Under the pieces are notes generated by a model. That model had not been told where the DNA came from. It saw nothing but the letters and a program-made list of their open reading frames with translations, and searched no databases. Position numbers and translations under genes: made by a program. A stretch of DNA of 63,562 nt, filler included, from Candidatus Coatesbacteria bacterium (GTDB lineage: Bacteria; JAFGND01), in assembly GCA_016927185.1 (NCBI GenBank). It is 5 parts of 5 records of this genome, joined end to end, with 100 filler letters (N's around TTAATTAATTAA, not from the genome) between each part and the next. Parts side by side here need not be neighbours in the genome. Positions count along the whole stretch, not along the records: positions 1 to 14,845 come from JAFGND010000090.1; 4 more parts are not named here. One strand, 5' to 3'. This document shows positions 1-9,565 of the stretch, piece by piece (positions within the stretch are counted from its first letter, which is position 1; the number at the start of each line of letters is the position of its first letter).

Positions 1-390
1 CATGCAATAAATACAAATGATGGTGTAAGGAGATGGATATTCAAGGCAGATGCAGAAATAAGAACCGCTCCCTGCATAGAAGACAGTATTATCTACTTTG
101 GATGTAAAGATGGTTACCTTTATGCAGTGAATATTGGAGAGAAGAAAGGATTTGAAGACAGAGAATATTCCAGGCAGCTTCCCTCCCCATCCCTCTCCGC
201 ATATCCCAATCCCTTCAAGGACAGATTGAGTATAGAATCATCTGACAAAGCAAGGATCTATTCTATTACCGGGCAACTGATAATAAAGATAGACAAAGGC
301 AAACATGAACTTGATACTAGCAGCTGGAGAGAAGGAATTTATATTGTGAAGGCAAGGAAAGAAACAAAGCGAGTTATCAAAATAGAATGA
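1..390 (+). CDS. PQQ-type beta-propeller protein with T9SS type-A-like C-terminal sorting domain (5' truncated by window edge)
   Basis: Frame open from base 1: HAINTNDGVRRWIFKADAEIRTAPCIEDSIIYFGCKDGYLYAV (PQQ blade), then YPNPF...IYSITGQ...WREGIYIVK...KRVIKIE. Confidence 0.85.
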   Translation, partial: HAINTNDGVRRWIFKADAEIRTAPCIEDSIIYFGCKDGYLYAVNIGEKKGFEDREYSRQLPSPSLSAYPNPFKDRLSIESSDKARIYSITGQLIIKIDKGKHELDTSSWREGIYIVKARKETKRVIKIE

Positions 391-569
391 CTTGAGTGAT
401 TACCTCTTAGTTCAATTTTCGTATTGCAGTTTTATATTATTTCATTCTGCGATTTTCATTAATTATCTTAAAGATTATCAATAAGAATTGCTTTTAATGC
501 ATATATTATGCTTGACAAAAACATGCATTTTTCTGTCTCTGGCAAGTAATTAATATACAGGAGGTTCAA

Positions 570-872
570 ATGAGTTCACTTGACAAGAACAAATATATCT
601 GCAAAAACATGGACAATGCTTACAGAAAAGTTGATGATGAAATAGTTATAATGGATTCCGAGAACTCTATTATTCATAGATTGCAGCAGGAAAGTGCCCT
701 GGATGCCTGGGAACTCACTAATGGAGAAAGAAATTTCAATCAGATTATTGTTGAAATGAAGAATAAATATGGAAATCCAGAGAACATCATTTCCGATTTC
801 GAGGAATTCTTTTCTGAATTGATAAAGAAAAAGATTCTGTTTCTAAGCGATGTCCCAATAAAAGAGACTTAA
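570..872 (+). CDS. PqqD-family / RiPP recognition element (RRE) protein
   Basis: 100 aa; AYRKVDDEIVIMD...HRL...AWEL.NGER...I...M...Y...D..EF..EL.KK pattern of PqqD; RBS AGGAGG upstream. Confidence 0.75.
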   Translation: MSSLDKNKYICKNMDNAYRKVDDEIVIMDSENSIIHRLQQESALDAWELTNGERNFNQIIVEMKNKYGNPENIISDFEEFFSELIKKKILFLSDVPIKET

Positions 873-923
873 TTTTTCGATTTAAATTTTTGACTTTAAT
901 ATTCAAATCAAGAAAGAGAATAT

Positions 924-3900
924 ATGAACTGTCAATTTTGCAACTTCGAAAATCCAGTGAACTTCATATTTTGCGCGAGATGCGGGAAAAGGATAAGTAA
1001 AAGCGAGAATCTGTCACAGGAAAACAGGCTAAAGATAGAATCATATCTTCCAAGTCCTGTTTCCTGCAAACTGTTTTCTGATGACGGCAAGGTTGAAGAT
1101 GAAAGAAGGATAATTACAATTCTTTTTGCTGATATCTCAGGCTTCACAAACTTGACTGAACGCCTTGATCCAGAGGTGGTTGTAGATTTCCTTAACCAGA
1201 TTTATCTCCATCTTATAGAAGTAATTTATAAATACGACGGGATAATAGATAAGATAATCGGCGATGAGATTATGGCTTTATTCGGAGTACCTTATTCGTC
1301 CGAGGATGACCCAATAGGTGCTATATTTGCTGCAAGAGACTTGTTGAATGAGATTGCAAAATACAAGAAATCCCCGGAATACAAGGATTTCATAGATAAA
1401 AACAAGAAACTGCTTTCCTCTGATTTCAATCTGAATATGCATTGCGGACTGGAAACAGGCATGGGCATAATTGGTGAAATCGGCACGCAGCAAAAGACTT
1501 CATATACTGTAATAGGTGACATGGTTAATACTGCCAAAAGGTTGAGTGAGGAAGCAAAACCAAATCAGATATTAATAGGACCTTATCTTGCAAAACTTGC
1601 AAAAGAGAAAATCCCATTAGTTAAAGGCTCTGCAATCAAGTTGAAAGGCAAGAGTCAGTCGACCCAGACTTTTCTTTTGAGCAAGGAACAGGAGCAACAA
1701 CCACATCTGCAACCGACTATTCCTACCCCTGCAGTATCTGTAAAACCGATATTCCATTTCGTTGGAAGGAAAAAGGAACTGGAATTTCTTCAGAAGAAAG
1801 TAAAACATACGATTGCTACTAAGAAAGGTTCTGTAATTATGCTTGTCGGCGAGCCTGGCATAGGCAAGTCAAGACTTGTTCATGAGCTCATCTCTACTTC
1901 TCCCTCTAATGTAATATCACTTGAGGGGCAAGCGTTTTCCTATCTGCAGAGAAACAAATACGGAGTTTTCATAGATATGCTTCGCAAGTATTTCGTTCTT
2001 GGTGCAGATGACAACCTTAACCAGATAAGAGAAAAAATAAGGAAATCTCTAAGTCCTGTTTCAACAGCAGATGATAGGAATTTACCAAATGACTTGACTC
2101 TTCTTTTTTCCTCAAAACAGGATGACGTAAAGGTAATGAAAGACAGCCTTTCAAGAAAAGGCAAGGTATTTTATGCTGTAGAACGCTTTTTTCAGCTTCA
2201 ATCACAGAAAAAGTCTATTATTGCTCTTTTCGAGGATATTCACTGGCTTGACAAGAGTTCAGCTGAACTTCTGGATTTTCTTATAAGCAGGCATTCTGAA
2301 AGACCGATTGTATTCCTGTTAATATTAAGATCTGAAAAGGAAGGTTATGCAAAGAATTTCAGGGAAAATCTCAAGCTTCGTCTTGGATCAGCCTACTCGG
2401 AGCTACATCTTTCCAAATTATCAATTGCAAATATAAAGAAACTGATAAGCAATATACTTGGCACTGGCGACTATCCTCAGAAATTGCAGGATATCATCCT
2501 GAAAAAGGCAGACGGAAATCCACTTTTTGCTGAAGAGATAATTAATATCTTGAAAGAGAACAAGGCTATAATTCAGGAAAAAGAACGCTATATAATGAAC
2601 AAAGAGGGAACCTCTTTCGAAATTCCAAGCACCATAAAAGGTATTCTTGCTGCTTCATTAGACAGGGCAAATGATGCCGAGAAAAAGATGCTCCAGATAG
2701 CAAGTATTGTGGGTAAGGAATTTCAGACAAGTCTTCTGAAGGTATTGTTCGAGGCTGATAATCAGCAACCTATACTGGATTCCCTTGAAGACAAGGGCTA
2801 CATAATAAAACATAATCCTGGTGTATATATGTTCAAGCATATTCTTCTTTATGAAGTGGTTTATAACATGATACTTCAAAAGAAGAGGGATCAATGGCAT
2901 CTTCAACTGGCAAGACATATTGAGGAAAACTGGGACAAGAACAAGGATGAATTTGATCAGGTGCTTGCATATCACTATTCAAAAGGTCATGATTACATCA
3001 AGGCAATTATTTATAATGAAAAAGCAGGGGATCTTTCAAAGGATGTTTATGCAAATAATACGGCATTGAATTTCTATAAGCTTGCTCTCAAGTATCTTGA
3101 GGGAATGACTGAGGTAGAGAAAAAGCAGATACCTGTAGAAAGGCTTCTTGAAATCCATAACAAGATAGGGGAAATTTATAAACTGGTTGGGGATTATGAT
3201 GAAGCATTCATATTCTTCAAGAAATCCCTGCAAATGGCTGAAGATAACAAGAACTGGAGATATGAGATAATATCCGGAAATCAATTAGGCTGGGTTTATT
3301 TGCATCAGGGCAAATATGATAGTGCAATGTCAGTTTTCGAGAAAACCCTTAAGTTAGGTCAGGAGCACAAGGACAGCAATTCTATTGCGGAAAGCATGCT
3401 CTTTATTGCTAATGTATATGCAAATCAGGGGAATTTCGAGAAAGCAGCGTATCAGTACAAGCAGGCATTAAGAGGCTATCAGCAGAATAATGATATAGCA
3501 GGACAAGCAAACACTTTAAGACAGATGTCAAGAGTTCTCATGCGAAGAGGCAATTATGAGAAAATGATAGAGACGCTTGATGAAGTCAATTTGCTGTGGG
3601 ATCAGGCAAAGGATAATCTTGGCAAGGCAAAAGTCCTTCATGATCTGGGAGGTCTGTATTTGAGGCTTGGAGAGGCAGGTAAAGCACTTACATTTTTTTA
3701 TCGCGCATTCAAGGTAAGGAAGGAAGCAGGAGACAAAAGTGACATGGCATGGTCATTGAATGGCATTGGAATGGTATATGTTTATGCAAATAAATGGGAA
3801 AAGGCAGAGGATTTCCTCAGGAGAAGTCTGACAACAAGAGAAGAAATCGGAAACAGATCAGGTGTTGCATGGAGTTATCATGATCTTGCATTCCTTCACT

Positions 3901-4664
3901 TGATGAAAGGTGAATACAACAAGGCACTGGAAGAGCTTACCATTGCTTTCGATATAAAGAATGATATCGGGGACGCTTATGGCAAGGCAAGGATGCTAGC
4001 GCTTAAGGGAATGCTCCTGCTTGAACAGGGAAGATATAGCATGGCATTCAAGCTGATAAAGAATGCAATGAGCATTAGGAAGATGATAGGAGACAGGATT
4101 GGTCTTGTCAGAAGCGAACTGGATCTTGGCAGATATTACCTTGATATCGGTGAAGACAAGAAAGCATTGAAGAATGCAGACAAGGCAATAGAAAATGCCA
4201 AGAACATAAGAAAGCGACATATACTGGCATTGGCTTATCTTCTGAAGGCTGAAACCTTTATTGCAATGAAAAACCTTATTCATGCATTGAAAATGGCAGA
4301 AAAAGCTCAGACAATCTTCAGCAAACTTGATGAGAAAGAGAATATTGCAAAAGTATATTATGTTCTGGGCAAGATCTTCTTTTACGAAAGCTTGAAAGAA
4401 GGGATTCAAACCAAGTCGCTATTCAGGGACAAGGCAAAGAACTTCTTTAAATTGTGTAGTGAAACAATGTTTGTAGAAAGAGCGGCATTCCAGGCAAGAT
4501 TTAATGAAGAATATGGATTCTTTTTGTATTATGAAGGACATAAGAAGGAAGGAATTGAGCTCCTGGATAAAGTAAGAGACTTTTATTTGAAGATTGGCAA
4601 CAAAGTCAGTTATGAGAGAATCAACAGGATTGTCATGAAAATGGAGAAAGCACTTGCAATATGA
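924..4664 (+). CDS. Zinc ribbon + class III adenylate/guanylate cyclase + STAND-type NTPase + TPR protein
   Basis: CQFC/CARC; FADISGFT, KIIGDEIM, YTVIGDMVNTAKRL; Walker A GEPGIGKS, Walker B FEDIHW; GNPLF; C-terminal TPRs. Confidence 0.9.
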   Translation: MNCQFCNFENPVNFIFCARCGKRISKSENLSQENRLKIESYLPSPVSCKLFSDDGKVEDERRIITILFADISGFTNLTERLDPEVVVDFLNQIYLHLIEVIYKYDGIIDKIIGDEIMALFGVPYSSEDDPIGAIFAARDLLNEIAKYKKSPEYKDFIDKNKKLLSSDFNLNMHCGLETGMGIIGEIGTQQKTSYTVIGDMVNTAKRLSEEAKPNQILIGPYLAKLAKEKIPLVKGSAIKLKGKSQSTQTFLLSKEQEQQPHLQPTIPTPAVSVKPIFHFVGRKKELEFLQKKVKHTIATKKGSVIMLVGEPGIGKSRLVHELISTSPSNVISLEGQAFSYLQRNKYGVFIDMLRKYFVLGADDNLNQIREKIRKSLSPVSTADDRNLPNDLTLLFSSKQDDVKVMKDSLSRKGKVFYAVERFFQLQSQKKSIIALFEDIHWLDKSSAELLDFLISRHSERPIVFLLILRSEKEGYAKNFRENLKLRLGSAYSELHLSKLSIANIKKLISNILGTGDYPQKLQDIILKKADGNPLFAEEIINILKENKAIIQEKERYIMNKEGTSFEIPSTIKGILAASLDRANDAEKKMLQIASIVGKEFQTSLLKVLFEADNQQPILDSLEDKGYIIKHNPGVYMFKHILLYEVVYNMILQKKRDQWHLQLARHIEENWDKNKDEFDQVLAYHYSKGHDYIKAIIYNEKAGDLSKDVYANNTALNFYKLALKYLEGMTEVEKKQIPVERLLEIHNKIGEIYKLVGDYDEAFIFFKKSLQMAEDNKNWRYEIISGNQLGWVYLHQGKYDSAMSVFEKTLKLGQEHKDSNSIAESMLFIANVYANQGNFEKAAYQYKQALRGYQQNNDIAGQANTLRQMSRVLMRRGNYEKMIETLDEVNLLWDQAKDNLGKAKVLHDLGGLYLRLGEAGKALTFFYRAFKVRKEAGDKSDMAWSLNGIGMVYVYANKWEKAEDFLRRSLTTREEIGNRSGVAWSYHDLAFLHLMKGEYNKALEELTIAFDIKNDIGDAYGKARMLALKGMLLLEQGRYSMAFKLIKNAMSIRKMIGDRIGLVRSELDLGRYYLDIGEDKKALKNADKAIENAKNIRKRHILALAYLLKAETFIAMKNLIHALKMAEKAQTIFSKLDEKENIAKVYYVLGKIFFYESLKEGIQTKSLFRDKAKNFFKLCSETMFVERAAFQARFNEEYGFFLYYEGHKKEGIELLDKVRDFYLKIGNKVSYERINRIVMKMEKALAI

Positions 4665-5740
4665 TTTTCAAGATAAAGAGGAAAAAAACCAGACAGGTTG
4701 AATTCAATAAACTCAAGATAGGTAACAATAATCCGATAGCTATTGAGAGCATGACGAATACCCCAACAAAAGATTCAAGAAAGACATTAAATCAGATAAA
4801 AAGACTTGCCAGGGCAGGTTGTGACCTAGTAAGAGTTGCTGTTCCTGACAGTGAATCTGCAAAGGAATTATCAAGGATAATAGAGAAAAGCCCTATCCCT
4901 GTAGTTGCAGACATTCATTTTGATTACAGGTTAGCGCTGTTATCTATAGATGCTGGTGTAAATGGATTAAGAATTAATCCAGGTAATATCGGTACAAGAA
5001 AGGAAGTAGAGAAGATACTCTTGAAAGCAGAACCACTTAGACTGCCAGTTCGAATTGGTGTAAATCTTGGTTCTCTGCAGAAGGACTTTTCACATCTTGA
5101 TGACAAGGCTATTGCCATGCTTGAAAGTGCAAAACAACACATAAAGATACTTGAGGATTTCAAATACAAGCATATTCTGGTTTCAATGAAATCGTCTGAT
5201 GTGGCAACTACTATAAGAGCTAACAGGTTGTTTTCAAGGGAATACAATTATCCATTGCATATAGGAGTAACTGAAGCGGGACCTCTTCTGGAAGGAACAG
5301 TCAGCTCATCTCTTGGTATAGGGATACTTCTTTCTGAAGGAATAGGTGATACAATAAGAGTTTCATTGACTGACGATCCAGTAAGGGAGATTGAAGTTGG
5401 GTATGAAATACTTGGGAATCTGGGATTGAGGGAGAAGAGAATAAAGATAATATCATGCCCGACATGCGGCAGAACACAGGTTCCAGTAATAAGAATAGCC
5501 AGCTTCTTGAGAAAATCGTTGAACAAGCTTGAAAAGAAACCTGAAATTTCAGTAGCTGTCATGGGTTGTGCAGTTAACGGACCAGGAGAGGCCAGACATG
5601 CAGATTTGGGAATAGCTGGTTCTAGTAAAGGTTGGGTTTTTTTCAAGAAGGGCAAGGTAATGAAGCATCTAAGCAGAGATATTAAGGACAGCGAATTAAT
5701 AGAGTTTATCCTGAATGAGATAAGGGAATTTAAATGCTGA
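4661..5740 (+). CDS. ispG: (E)-4-hydroxy-3-methylbut-2-enyl-diphosphate synthase
   Basis: SMTNT, VADIHFDYRLAL, RINPGNIG, HIGVTEAG, SCPTCGR, VMGCAVNGPGEA. Confidence 0.97.
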   Translation: MIFKIKRKKTRQVEFNKLKIGNNNPIAIESMTNTPTKDSRKTLNQIKRLARAGCDLVRVAVPDSESAKELSRIIEKSPIPVVADIHFDYRLALLSIDAGVNGLRINPGNIGTRKEVEKILLKAEPLRLPVRIGVNLGSLQKDFSHLDDKAIAMLESAKQHIKILEDFKYKHILVSMKSSDVATTIRANRLFSREYNYPLHIGVTEAGPLLEGTVSSSLGIGILLSEGIGDTIRVSLTDDPVREIEVGYEILGNLGLREKRIKIISCPTCGRTQVPVIRIASFLRKSLNKLEKKPEISVAVMGCAVNGPGEARHADLGIAGSSKGWVFFKKGKVMKHLSRDIKDSELIEFILNEIREFKC

Positions 5741-6321
5741 CTTTGTATATTCTGGCATTATTAATTTCTCCAATTCAACCAGCAGCAAAGAAGCAGTATA
5801 ATCCATATAAAATTGTAATTTGTCTGAAAAAGCAGATTCTTTATCTTTTCAAGGAAGACGAGCTTATATTCGAGACAAAGATCTCTTCCGGTATGGGAAA
5901 AACTGCCTGGGCAACTCCGGTAGGATATTTCAGGGTTGGAAACAAGGCTGATGCTGCTTATGCTGAAGAATGGGAAGTATGGGTATATCAGTGGATGCAA
6001 TTTGCAGGAAGAAACGGTATGCACAGTCTTCAAGGGATGCAGTATTACAGATTGCTTGGAAGAAGAGCCAGTCATGGTTGCGTACGTCTTAATCATGAAG
6101 CAGCCAAATATTTCTATTCTTTCATTCCCGTTCTTACTGAAGTTTGGGTTTTAGAGGAATTTGATCCAGAAATAAGTATAAAGCTCCTTACTCCAAAAAC
6201 AAGAAGTGTTACGCAAAAGAAAGTTGAAAAGGCTAACTTCAGAGACGTTTTTACAAAAACACCTATTTCTCCATACTTTGATTCTCTATCCAATTTCTTT
6301 ATTGATTTCGGTTTCAACTAA
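5734..6321 (+). CDS. L,D-transpeptidase (YkuD family)
   Basis: Signal peptide; ISSG...TPVG; GMHS...ASHGCVRL catalytic motif. Confidence 0.88.
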   Translation: MLTLYILALLISPIQPAAKKQYNPYKIVICLKKQILYLFKEDELIFETKISSGMGKTAWATPVGYFRVGNKADAAYAEEWEVWVYQWMQFAGRNGMHSLQGMQYYRLLGRRASHGCVRLNHEAAKYFYSFIPVLTEVWVLEEFDPEISIKLLTPKTRSVTQKKVEKANFRDVFTKTPISPYFDSLSNFFIDFGFN

Positions 6322-7013
6322 TCACCTAAAAAGTGGTTTACTATCCTTTTTTTGAAAATCAGGTAAAAAATGAATCCAATTATGAGTAAGACAATTACTA
6401 TTATTAATCCTCTGTAATTTCCTATTGCAAATTGACTTCCGAGATAAGTTGTAACAAAGATGCCTGGAAATCTCCCGATAGTGCTTATTATAATGAAATG
6501 CCAGAATTTCAATGGTGTAATGCCGGATATATAAGACAAGATATCCTTAGGTGCTCCTGGAATCAGAAACAAAATCAGTAATCCCCAGAAGCCTTTTTCA
6601 CTATTTATCTGTCTTGAGAATTTGCTTATTTTTTCTTCACTAATAAACCTTATCAGAAATGGTTGTCCAAGAAATCTTCCAAGATAAAATGATGCAGCAG
6701 AACCAATTGCAATACCAAGTATATTGAAAAGCAATCCCCAATATTTTCCAAGGAGAAAGCCTCCAGCTGTTTGAACAACTTCACCAGGTATTGGAGATAT
6801 TATAACCTGGAGAATTTGCAGTAAAAAAAGGCTTAAGTGAACTGGGACTGGAAGATTGAGAAGATATTTTCTAAGCAATTCAGGATTTTTCAAGTATGGC
6901 AGTATATCATTTCCGTAAACTAATGAAACATATATAGAAAGACCGATAATAGCTATTATTCCTGAACCTGAAAGCAAGAGTTTACTGTTAGAGATTTTTG
7001 CTTTTTCATTCAT
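6318..7013 (-). CDS. TVP38/TMEM64 (VTT/DedA-like) membrane protein
   Basis: QVIISPIPGE, GGFLLG, FLIPGAPKDILSYISG, GRFPG; ATG at 7013 preferred over TTG at 7049. Confidence 0.88.
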   Translation of the reverse strand: MNEKAKISNSKLLLSGSGIIAIIGLSIYVSLVYGNDILPYLKNPELLRKYLLNLPVPVHLSLFLLQILQVIISPIPGEVVQTAGGFLLGKYWGLLFNILGIAIGSAASFYLGRFLGQPFLIRFISEEKISKFSRQINSEKGFWGLLILFLIPGAPKDILSYISGITPLKFWHFIIISTIGRFPGIFVTTYLGSQFAIGNYRGLIIVIVLLIIGFIFYLIFKKRIVNHFLGD

Positions 7014-7277
7014 AAGTCTTAAACTTTTTTTTTTAGTTTTTTTTGACAAGTTATATATTAAAAAAGAAAGAAGATAAATAAGGCAACTATATACTAACAG
7101 GTTACTATACTAATAATTTTAGTAAGAATTTACGTGATGATCTCTTTAAATGTTTTGGCTTTTTAAGTAATCTTGATCTAACTCAAAAAACAGAAATTCT
7201 TATAAAAACATTGCATTATTGTCTTTATATTTTAAAGATGGCAATTATAATTAAAGTCACAAAGTTTGGAGGTAGAT

Positions 7278-8501
7278 ATGATAGACCTTGTCAAGAATTA
7301 TTCGGTAATCGCCCGTCGTGCAAAAAGATCCATTATAAGAGAACTTCTGAAACTGACTGAAAAACCGGATATTATTTCTTTAGCCGGAGGATTACCTGAT
7401 CCAGCAACATTTCCCCATGAGGAAATAAAGGAAATTGCTTCTTTTGTTTTGGATAAAAATAGTTCTTCAGCACTTCAATATAGTTCAACAGAAGGAAACA
7501 CAAAACTTATAAATGAGATTGTCAAATGGAAGCAGAAGGAAGGCTTGAACATAAGTGCAGAGAATGTTCTTATTACATCAGCTTCCCAGCAAGCTCTTGA
7601 TATGTTAGGAAGAGTATTCATAGATGCAAGTGATCCTATAATTGTTGAACTTCCAAGTTATGTAGGAGGTTTAGGTGCATTTACATCCTATGGAGCAAAG
7701 ATGGTTGGTGTTCCAATGGATGAAGATGGTGTTAAAGTTGACTTATTGAGGCAATCACTAGAGAATCTGAAGATCAGTGAAGAACATTACAAGTTGATAT
7801 ATCTTGTTCCTGATTTTCAGAATCCAGCTGGAATAACTCTTAGTGAGGAAAGAAGAAAAGAAGTCATAAAACTATCAAGGGAATTTGAGACACTAATTGT
7901 TGAAGATAGCCCTTACAGGGAACTTAGATATGAAGGAATTGCACCCAAATCTATTTATGAGCTTGATAATACTGGCAATGTAGTAGCTTTAAATACTTTT
8001 TCAAAGATATTTGTTCCAGGTTTCAGATTAGGATGGGTGATAGCAAGTCCTGAAATAATAAAGAAATTGGTAGTTGCAAAGCAGAATATGGATTTATGTA
8101 CTGCCAACTTTAATCAATGTATAGCTGCAGAATTCATGTCAAGAGGTTTACTTGAACCACATATTGAAAAGATAAAGAAAGTCTATGAAGTGAAGAGAAA
8201 GGTTATGCTGGATGCTTTGGATACCTATATGCCTAAACATGAAGAACTTACCTGGACAAAACCAGATGGTGGATTATTCCTTTGGCTTACAGCCCCTTCT
8301 GGCATAGATACTGAAGAGCTCTTTACAAAAGCAATTGAAAAGAAGGTTGCTTATATTGTGGGAACAGCATTTCATTGTGATGGGGGAGGACATAGAAACA
8401 TGAGACTCAATTTCTCATTCCCTTCTCAGGAGCAAATTGTGGAAGGTATAAAGAGGCTTGGAAGTCTTTTTGAAGATGAAATAGCTGATAGAAAAATGTA
8501 A
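7278..8501 (+). CDS. PLP-dependent class I/II aminotransferase (2-aminoadipate/aromatic aminotransferase-like)
   Basis: ISLAGGLPDP, PDFQNPAG, EDSPY, TFSKIFVPGFRLGW (PLP Lys), RLNFS; RBS GGAGG before ATG 7278. Confidence 0.92.
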   Translation: MIDLVKNYSVIARRAKRSIIRELLKLTEKPDIISLAGGLPDPATFPHEEIKEIASFVLDKNSSSALQYSSTEGNTKLINEIVKWKQKEGLNISAENVLITSASQQALDMLGRVFIDASDPIIVELPSYVGGLGAFTSYGAKMVGVPMDEDGVKVDLLRQSLENLKISEEHYKLIYLVPDFQNPAGITLSEERRKEVIKLSREFETLIVEDSPYRELRYEGIAPKSIYELDNTGNVVALNTFSKIFVPGFRLGWVIASPEIIKKLVVAKQNMDLCTANFNQCIAAEFMSRGLLEPHIEKIKKVYEVKRKVMLDALDTYMPKHEELTWTKPDGGLFLWLTAPSGIDTEELFTKAIEKKVAYIVGTAFHCDGGGHRNMRLNFSFPSQEQIVEGIKRLGSLFEDEIADRKM

Positions 8502-8507
8502 TCTGTA

Positions 8508-8538
8508 TTAAGGAACAGGTATTTATCCTGTTCCTTAA
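8508..8538. terminator. 12-bp perfect hairpin between aminotransferase and ricT (terminator or processing stem; no U-tract)
   Basis: TTAAGGAACAGG-tatttat-CCTGTTCCTTAA. Confidence 0.5.
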
Positions 8539-8549
8539 AGGGAGCTAAC

Positions 8550-9395
8550 TTGGTTATTGTTCGTTTTCCTGGACATCATAGACAAAAATACAATGATCCA
8601 TTTCAGATAAGACCTTTTCCTGGAGAATGGGTAATAGTTGAAGCTGATAAAGGTGAGGATATTGGTGAGGTAATATGTACAATTGAATGCAATGATAACA
8701 ATGAGTTACCTAATATTACTCGATTAGCAAACAGCAATGATCTTAACCAGGCAAGAAAAAATAAATCAAGACAAAGAGAAGCATGGTTATTTTGTAATGA
8801 GAGAATAAGTGAATTGAAATTGGACATGAAACTAGTAGATGTAATATATCAGCTTGATAGTCATAAGATTACCTTTTTTTTCATAGCTCCTGAAAGGATT
8901 GATTTCAGACAGCTAGTTAGGGATTTGGCAGCAAGATTCAGAACAAGGATAGAATTGAAGCAAATTGGAGTCAGAGATGCAGCAAAGAGATTTGGTGGAT
9001 TTGGGACATGTGGAAGAGAGCTTTGTTGCTGCCGGTTTTTAACCCAGTTTACATCTGTTACAGTCAAGATGAGCAAGGATCAGAATTTGTCTGCCAATTC
9101 CTCCAAGATTTCTGGTGTATGTGGGAGATTAATGTGTTGTTTAGGATATGAATCAGATTTCTACTCAGAAGCCAGAGAATTGTTTCCAGATAACAATACA
9201 ATAATCAAACTTGGAAAGAAGACTTACTGGGTCTTGCAATCAAACTATTTCAATGAAACTATTCTCATGCAAACAGAGGAAGGTGAGCAATTAACAATTT
9301 CCCTGCAAGAATACAAGAAAATAGATTCAGAATTCATTACGAAACCAGAAATAAAAACAGAGGAAGAAATAGAATCTGAATATGATCTTGAATAG
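8550..9395 (+). CDS. ricT: PSP1-domain regulatory Fe-S protein RicT/YaaT
   Basis: RIDFRQLVRDLAARFRTRIELKQIGVRD, GTCGRELCC, KISGVCGRLMCCLGYE. Confidence 0.9.
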   Translation: MVIVRFPGHHRQKYNDPFQIRPFPGEWVIVEADKGEDIGEVICTIECNDNNELPNITRLANSNDLNQARKNKSRQREAWLFCNERISELKLDMKLVDVIYQLDSHKITFFFIAPERIDFRQLVRDLAARFRTRIELKQIGVRDAAKRFGGFGTCGRELCCCRFLTQFTSVTVKMSKDQNLSANSSKISGVCGRLMCCLGYESDFYSEARELFPDNNTIIKLGKKTYWVLQSNYFNETILMQTEEGEQLTISLQEYKKIDSEFITKPEIKTEEEIESEYDLE

Positions 9396-9565
9396 TCCAG
9401 ATTTTGAGAGTTATAAAGCGTTATTTTTTCCTCTTGTTTGTATTGCTTTCATAAACGATATTCAAAAGAAAATTCTTGCATCACTTCAACTAATGAATGC
9501 AGTTTCTGAATTCCCTTGACTAATATTTATCATCAATGCTGAAGACCTTAGATAAAGGAGATTAT

